A DNA stretch of 63,684 nucleotides, the filler included. It is 5 parts of 5 records of this genome, joined end to end, with 100 filler letters (N's around TTAATTAATTAA, not from the genome) between each part and the next. Parts side by side here need not be neighbours in the genome. Positions count along the whole stretch, not along the records: positions 57,231 to 63,684 come from SRR31156797_13044; 4 more parts are not named here. One strand, given 5' to 3'. The position numbers were made by a program, and so were the translations under genes. Shown here in pieces: positions 57,879-63,684 of this stretch. The notes under the pieces are model-generated. The model was not told the DNA's origin. It worked only from the letters and a program-made list of their open reading frames with translations, and searched no databases. Every line of letters starts with the position of its first letter. The first letter of the stretch is position 1.

Positions 57879-60800
57879 ATTTCCCAAATCCGCCACCACC
57901 CGGTGTTTGTATTATAAATTTATCTCCCTTTTCCAGATTGATATTCTGAATCGAATCCATTTGTATTATTTCTCCGTTTTTACGAATTACTTTTTGACTG
58001 CCTGATTTCCCCGATTCTGCACCGTTTTTCCCATACGGACCTGATTTTCTGCGTTGGGAAAGTACTGAAAGATTCACAGGTTCAAGGAAAGTAATTTCAC
58101 GCATTACACCGTTACCACAGTTCCATTTTCCTTTCCCGCCAGAATTTTCTCGAATACAAAATTTTTCTAAACGAACGGGGTAGCGATGTTCCAGAATTTC
58201 CGGATCGGTAATTCGTGTATTTGTCATGTGATGATGTACAGCGCTGGCTCCGTTAAAACCATTTCCTGCGCCACAACCTCCGCAAATGGTTTCATAATAA
58301 CCAAAACTACTGTTTCCAAAAAGGGTATTGTTCATAGTTCCCTGACTAGCTGCAACAACACCAAAAGCTTTTAAAATTGTGTCGGTAAGACGCATACTAA
58401 TTTCTACATTTCCACCTACAACAGCGGGGCATTTTTTAGGATCATTGTCAAAATATGGATTTAACAATCCTTCAGGGAGAATAATAGAAACCGGTTCCAG
58501 CAGTCCGTCGTTTAATGGAATTGGCTCATTTAATAATAATCGTAAAACATAAATTACAACACTGTTTACAATTGCCTTTGTTGCATTCATATTTCCTTGG
58601 TGAACGGGAGCACTACCCGTAAAATCAAGTAAGCATTTTCCGTTGTTTATAGTAATGTTAACTTTTAGCAGAGCACCGTCATCTAAATATTCAGTGGCTT
58701 TATAACTTCCGTTGGGAATTTTTTTTAATGTTGTTAACATTTTATTGGAAGCAAGTTCGCGTAATAAATTCATGTATTTTTTAACGCGCTCCAATCCGTA
58801 AGTTTTTATTAGAGAAATTAAGGCCTTTGCACCATTGAGGTTTGCCGCCAGCCCGGCATTTAAATCAGCCAGGTTTTCTTCGGTTGAACGGGAAGGATAG
58901 GGACTTTCCTGCAAAATTCTTTTTATCCCTACCCAATTGGTTTTGTCATTTTTCGTTATAAAGAATGGAGCGATTACTACACCTTCTTCTTCAAGGTTTT
59001 TTGCATTGGGAGGCATAGAACCCGGACTGATTCCACCAATTTCTGAGTGGTGTGCACGGTTGGCGACAAAACCAACACGTTGACCGTTATAAAAAACAGG
59101 TGTTACCAGAGTTACATCAGGTAAATGAGAACCACCATATTTTGGGTGATTGGTTACCATTGTGTCTCCCTCTTCAAAAGTAAAATGCTCTAGTAAGGTT
59201 TGAACACATACTCCCAGTCCGCCTAAATGTACCGGAATATGCGGAGCGTTAGCAACCAGTTTCCCGTTTGTGTCGAGTAATGCACAGGAGAAATCCAGTC
59301 GTTCTTTTATATTTACCGAAAGTGAAGTTCGTTGAAGTAAAGCTCCCATATTTTCGGCAATGGCCATAAACCGGTTGGTAAATAATTCCAATTCGGTCTC
59401 GCGGGTTTGATTTTTTTTGGTTTTAGGAGTTTTTCCAATGTGACTAAGAATTGCTGTTTCGGTATTTTCCAGGTGTAGTTTCCATCCCGATTTTAAAAAT
59501 GTAGTAGAAAAATTGTCGGCAAATAGTGCAGGTCCATTAAATTCTGCGCCCGTTTTTAATACATTTCGTATAAACCCCGGGATTTTATTTTCCATATAAA
59601 ACGAAGGTTTTGGGGCGTATAAATTCTCAGGAATTCGATTTATTTTTTTTCCTTCTGATATTACGGAAGCAACAACACGTATTGTTTCTACTTCTATTTC
59701 ACGGTTTGAAATATGATGTCCAAATATTCTTTTATATTCTTTGTTAAAATCTAAAATCAGACTTTTTATTCCTGAAAATGGAATTTCAAGGCTTGAATCC
59801 TGACCTTTAAACCGAAGAAAAATCATACGTTGCCTTATATTTATTTCATGCTCATCAAAACCTTCATCTAATAATTTTAGTTTGGCTTTTGTTTCTGTTT
59901 CAGAGAAATAATTTTCGAGACTGGATTTTACAGCGCTTAAATTTTTCAGGATTTGTTTTTCGGCAAATCGTTCAATAATAGCATTTCCAATTCCATAAGC
60001 ACTTAGTAAACCTGCATCTTTTGGAAGAAGAACAGTTTTAATTCCGAGCACTTCTGCAATATCGCAGGCATGTAAACCGCCTGCCCCACCAAAAGCAACT
60101 AATGCAAAATCTTTTGGATCATACCCTTTTGATATGGATATTTTTCGGATTGCTCCAGCCATAATTTCATTTGCAATGTCGATAAATCCGGTTAGTACAT
60201 CTTCAGGATTTCGTTGAATTCCTGTTTTTTCTTTGATACGGATTATTAATTCATATAACTTTTTTTCGGCAGCTTCTCTGAACACGGGAATTCCAAACTG
60301 GCTGGTATCGAGTCGGTAAAGTAACAGGTTTACATCGGTAATTGTAAGTGGTCCATTTGCGCCATAACAAGCAGGACCCGGAAAAGCACCTGCACTTTCG
60401 GGGCCTACAAAAAGTTTGTATCCATCAAAACCACAAACAGATCCTCCTCCGGCTGCAACCGTTTCAATGGCGATGGCCGGACTGTTAATTTGGGCATTTC
60501 CTACTTCCAGCTCAAAACGGTAATCAAGTTTACCATTAATGCGCGACACATCGGTGCTGGTTCCGCCCATGTCGAAAGTAATTATTTTTTTAAATCCACT
60601 TTCCTCTCCAATTTTTTTTGCACCTACAACGCCACCTGCCGGACCACTGAGCAAACTGTCTTTAGGGAAAAAGTTTTCGGCTGAGACTAATCCGCCGGCA
60701 CTTGTCATTATTTGAAAAGAGTGATCTCCTATTTTTTCTGAAATCCGGTTGACATAGTTATAAATTATAGGCGATAAATATGCATTAACCACAGTTGTTT

Positions 60801-61629
60801 CTGCGCGGTTAAGAATTTTTATGAGAGGTGATAGTTGCGAGGAAGCAGTAATAAAATTGAATCCTTCCTTTTTTAAAAGTTCAATAATCTGAAGCTCGTG
60901 GGCCGGATTAATAAATGCGTTCATCAATGTTATTGCAATCGCTTCGATATTTACATTAAGTTTTTGAATTTGTTTCTTTAAATCATTTATGTCTAACGAC
61001 TTTAATATTTCGCCATTGGCATTTATTCGTTCGTCGACTTCAATAATTTGTTGTGGAATTTGTTTGGATTTTTGAACATTTAAAGCAAATATATCGGGTC
61101 TTGCCTGGTTTCCGATTTCGAGTAAATCTTTAAATCCACGTGTAACAATAAAAAGTGTTTTTGCTCCTTTTCTTTCAAGAAGTGCATTTGTACCTTTTGT
61201 TGATCCTAATTTTAGTGACAAATCGGGAAAGTTTTCGTTTAATCCGGTTTGGGTAATCAGGCGTGCTCCCAAAATTGGAGCTTCTTCGTTCGAAGTAATT
61301 TCAAAGTTCTGATTGTTGTAGTTTTTATCAAATTGAATGGATTGGTTTAGTTGAATTATCTTGTTTTCAATATCGTATTTTTCAATTTTAATACCTGTAA
61401 AATCAGTTGCAAGAAAACGAAAATGAAATCCGTGTAAGATATCTCTTTTTAAATTCCACGATTCCACAATTTCAAACTGAGTAGGTGAGATTACCTTTTT
61501 TATGGTTCCGCGTAAACAACTGCTGCTTAATACTTTTTTTCGGTATTCGCTTCCTTTTTCGTCTATTCCAATAAAATCGGTGAATGTACCGCCAGTGTCA
61601 ACAAAAAGTTTAAAATATCTTGAGTTCAT
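57877..61629 (-). CDS. oplA: 5-oxoprolinase, fused hydantoinase A/B type (ATP-hydrolysing)
   Basis: DTGGTFTD, SGPAGG, FDMGGTSTDV, AAGGGS, SVNIKERLDFSCA, HIPVHLG, YYETICGG, TPGGGG. Confidence 0.9.
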   Translation of the reverse strand: MNSRYFKLFVDTGGTFTDFIGIDEKGSEYRKKVLSSSCLRGTIKKVISPTQFEIVESWNLKRDILHGFHFRFLATDFTGIKIEKYDIENKIIQLNQSIQFDKNYNNQNFEITSNEEAPILGARLITQTGLNENFPDLSLKLGSTKGTNALLERKGAKTLFIVTRGFKDLLEIGNQARPDIFALNVQKSKQIPQQIIEVDERINANGEILKSLDINDLKKQIQKLNVNIEAIAITLMNAFINPAHELQIIELLKKEGFNFITASSQLSPLIKILNRAETTVVNAYLSPIIYNYVNRISEKIGDHSFQIMTSAGGLVSAENFFPKDSLLSGPAGGVVGAKKIGEESGFKKIITFDMGGTSTDVSRINGKLDYRFELEVGNAQINSPAIAIETVAAGGGSVCGFDGYKLFVGPESAGAFPGPACYGANGPLTITDVNLLLYRLDTSQFGIPVFREAAEKKLYELIIRIKEKTGIQRNPEDVLTGFIDIANEIMAGAIRKISISKGYDPKDFALVAFGGAGGLHACDIAEVLGIKTVLLPKDAGLLSAYGIGNAIIERFAEKQILKNLSAVKSSLENYFSETETKAKLKLLDEGFDEHEINIRQRMIFLRFKGQDSSLEIPFSGIKSLILDFNKEYKRIFGHHISNREIEVETIRVVASVISEGKKINRIPENLYAPKPSFYMENKIPGFIRNVLKTGAEFNGPALFADNFSTTFLKSGWKLHLENTETAILSHIGKTPKTKKNQTRETELELFTNRFMAIAENMGALLQRTSLSVNIKERLDFSCALLDTNGKLVANAPHIPVHLGGLGVCVQTLLEHFTFEEGDTMVTNHPKYGGSHLPDVTLVTPVFYNGQRVGFVANRAHHSEIGGISPGSMPPNAKNLEEEGVVIAPFFITKNDKTNWVGIKRILQESPYPSRSTEENLADLNAGLAANLNGAKALISLIKTYGLERVKKYMNLLRELASNKMLTTLKKIPNGSYKATEYLDDGALLKVNITINNGKCLLDFTGSAPVHQGNMNATKAIVNSVVIYVLRLLLNEPIPLNDGLLEPVSIILPEGLLNPYFDNDPKKCPAVVGGNVEISMRLTDTILKAFGVVAASQGTMNNTLFGNSSFGYYETICGGCGAGNGFNGASAVHHHMTNTRITDPEILEHRYPVRLEKFCIRENSGGKGKWNCGNGVMREITFLEPVNLSVLSQRRKSGPYGKNGAESGKSGSQKVIRKNGEIIQMDSIQNINLEKGDKFIIQTPGGGGFGK

Positions 61630-61641
61630 AAATTGTATTCC

Positions 61642-62958
61642 TTAAATTTTTTTTCCCGACTTAGCTTTCATCCATACAAAAAGTGAGACAACAGCCGAAG
61701 CCAAACCAATAAAAATAAGATAATTATTACCTGAAATAATACCTGTGTTGAACGTGGAATAAATGGCTTTTACTGCACTGTTTAATCCTAATATCAGTGT
61801 TGCAAAAATCACTAGTATCATTAAAATATTCAGGATAAATGGATTGGTTTTTTCTTTTCCTACTATGGTTGAATTGTTAATCACAATAAACAGAAATATA
61901 CTTACAAACGGCAATAAAAATCCGTTGAATGCCTGGGCAAGAATTATTGCCGGAATTGGTTTAATATTTCCAATGGCAAAAACAACACCTGCAAGTAAAA
62001 TAATAATCCAGCCTAATTTGAAATAAATTGAGCCAGGTTTCCATTTTTCAGGATTTTTATTTCCGAACAAGCTTTTTAGTGTAATTGCCGAGGCCAGTGG
62101 GGCAGTAACAGCCGAAGTAAAACCAGCAGCAAAAAGACCAAAACCAAGTAAATATTTTCCGGCAGAGCCAATTTTTTGTTGTAAAACCAACGAAAGTTCT
62201 TCAAACGAAAAAGTTCCTGAAATTAATGTTCCTACTATTAAAACGGCCATCGAAAATAATCCGCCAAGTAAAATGGCAATAATCAGCCCAAAGCGCATCT
62301 GCTTAACGGTTTGTTTCTGGGTAGAAATTCCTGAACCTAAAAATAAATTGTAAGGAACAATGGTTGTTCCAATTAATCCCAGAACCAGTACACTTGCTTC
62401 TGTATTTGAAGGAATTTTTGGAATCAGGGCTCCTTTAATAATTTCAAAAAAGGAAGGTTGGATAAGAATAGCAGTTAGTAAAAAACCTAATCCCATAAAA
62501 ACAACAACAAAGCCCATAATGGTTGAAATAATTTTTAGTGATGGAATACTTAAAATTACAGCAGCAATACTGCCAATTATTAAAATTAAAATGGATGAAG
62601 GAATTCCAAAAATAAGTTTGAATCCGGCAACTGCACCAAGTAAATTTCCCATTTCATAAGCAGCCGCACCTAAAACAACTGCACCCAATACTAAAATTAA
62701 TACCGGAAATTTCGATTTGTTTTTATTGAATTGCTTTACAATTGCCTGCCCCAGGTTTTTGCCTGAATCGATGGTGAGGCGGACAGCAGCTTCCTGTAAT
62801 AAAAGACATGCAAATGTGGAAAATAATATAGCCCACAATAAAGAAGTGCCAAATGTTGCTCCCGATTTTGCAGCTGTGGTTATTGTTCCAGGTCCGATAA
62901 AAGCTGCCGAAACAACCGACCAGAACAAAATATTAAGAATACGGTTCTTTGTTGACAT
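61642..62958 (-). CDS. Nramp-like (YcsG-type) transporter
   Basis: About 11-12 TM helices; AFIGPGTITT, GTTIVPYNLF, FAAGFTS; no DPGN motif. Confidence 0.8.
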   Translation of the reverse strand: MSTKNRILNILFWSVVSAAFIGPGTITTAAKSGATFGTSLLWAILFSTFACLLLQEAAVRLTIDSGKNLGQAIVKQFNKNKSKFPVLILVLGAVVLGAAAYEMGNLLGAVAGFKLIFGIPSSILILIIGSIAAVILSIPSLKIISTIMGFVVVFMGLGFLLTAILIQPSFFEIIKGALIPKIPSNTEASVLVLGLIGTTIVPYNLFLGSGISTQKQTVKQMRFGLIIAILLGGLFSMAVLIVGTLISGTFSFEELSLVLQQKIGSAGKYLLGFGLFAAGFTSAVTAPLASAITLKSLFGNKNPEKWKPGSIYFKLGWIIILLAGVVFAIGNIKPIPAIILAQAFNGFLLPFVSIFLFIVINNSTIVGKEKTNPFILNILMILVIFATLILGLNSAVKAIYSTFNTGIISGNNYLIFIGLASAVVSLFVWMKAKSGKKI

Positions 62959-63039
62959 AAAATTCTTTAAAGCCTCAAAATACGAATATCGGGTAACAAA
63001 TTGAATTGAAAAATTAAAAATACCTAAGATTAAAATATA

Positions 63040-63684
63040 CTATTTTGAGTTTATTGTAATTATCCAATCCTTAATTATTTTCAATACCTCGGGGGCAATG
63101 GTTTCTTCAATCTCTCCGTATTCAGCAATTGAGCCAGTATTGCATTGTTGAAATAAGTGGTTAAGATTTTCAATTTCAATGGTTTTAAAATTAGAATTTT
63201 TCCCTTCTGTTAATGCCTTTGAAATGGCTTCGAGATTTGCCTTTGCCGGTACTTGAACATCTTTTTCGCCATTTAAAGCTAAAACAGGGCATTTTATTTT
63301 AGTTAATGTAGGATATGGATCGTAGGTTAAAAAATATCGAAACCAGGGAGTATTAACTGCATTCACGCGGGCATCGATTGCCTGTTGCTGAGCTTCATTC
63401 ATCATCGGATACATTCCGCCGGAATATGTTCTTTGTAAACGATCCAATTGTTTTACCGAATCTTTTTCATTTAGAATAATATCGAAAATGGCATGTTGAA
63501 GTTGACGGTTTCTGTCTATTATTTCCTGGCTCATCCCAGCAGCAGCAAGCGACAAATTGTTTTGTTCATATAAAATCTGCTCGCCGTTTATACCTGGCCC
63601 TGCCAGTAAAATTATAAATGCAACATCTTCTGATTTAGTTGCTACAATTGGTGCAATTAATCCACCTTCGCTGTGCCCGATTAA
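63040..63684 (-). CDS. Alpha/beta hydrolase (5' truncated)
   Basis: Frame from 63684 reads LIGHSEGG (nucleophile elbow); ALNGEKDVQV and LNHLFQ complete the triad. Confidence 0.88.
   Translation of the reverse strand, partial: LIGHSEGGLIAPIVATKSEDVAFIILLAGPGINGEQILYEQNNLSLAAAGMSQEIIDRNRQLQHAIFDIILNEKDSVKQLDRLQRTYSGGMYPMMNEAQQQAIDARVNAVNTPWFRYFLTYDPYPTLTKIKCPVLALNGEKDVQVPAKANLEAISKALTEGKNSNFKTIEIENLNHLFQQCNTGSIAEYGEIEETIAPEVLKIIKDWIITINSK

Overview
The window is not one locus. It is five sequence segments joined by artificial N-padded TTAATTAATTAA linkers (26237-26336, 37586-37685, 50411-50510, 57131-57230). (1) 1-26236: GC-rich alphaproteobacterial (Rhodospirillales-like) core region with tRNA-Ala, TIGR02300, aroA-cmk-rpsA-sppA-ihfB-lapA-pyrF-trpF-trpBA-accD-folC-GNAT, converging on ahcY-divL-tsaE-amgK-murU-addB-addA-trxA. 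(2) 26337-37585: very AT-rich diderm (Fusobacteriota-like, inferred) with ald, a beta-barrel protein, an acyl-ACP-desaturase-like diiron protein, orphan Imm17, aspA, a GNAT-SH3 fusion, an orphan HTH gene, an apparently inactive TPR-CHAT lipoprotein and a truncated FMN riboswitch. (3) 37686-50410: Desulfovibrionaceae-like type VI secretion cluster tssF-tssG-tssH-vgrG-DUF2169/pentapeptide-pentapeptide. (4) 50511-57130: alphaproteobacterial asmA, ATP12, FAH hydratase, CMD/AhpD, DASS transporter and acyl-CoA carboxylase beta subunit. (5) 57231-63684: Bacteroidota-like tsf, 5-oxoprolinase, Nramp-like transporter and an alpha/beta hydrolase. The most promising novelty is in the T6SS spike module. 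The 1276-aa DUF2169 adaptor carries an internal ~230-aa segment that reads like a DnaG/phage-type primase catalytic core (N-terminal subdomain plus TOPRIM) with its acidic catalytic residues altered, and the adjacent VgrG ends in about 19 regular heptad repeats. All family and taxonomic assignments come from recognising motifs by eye; no searches were run.
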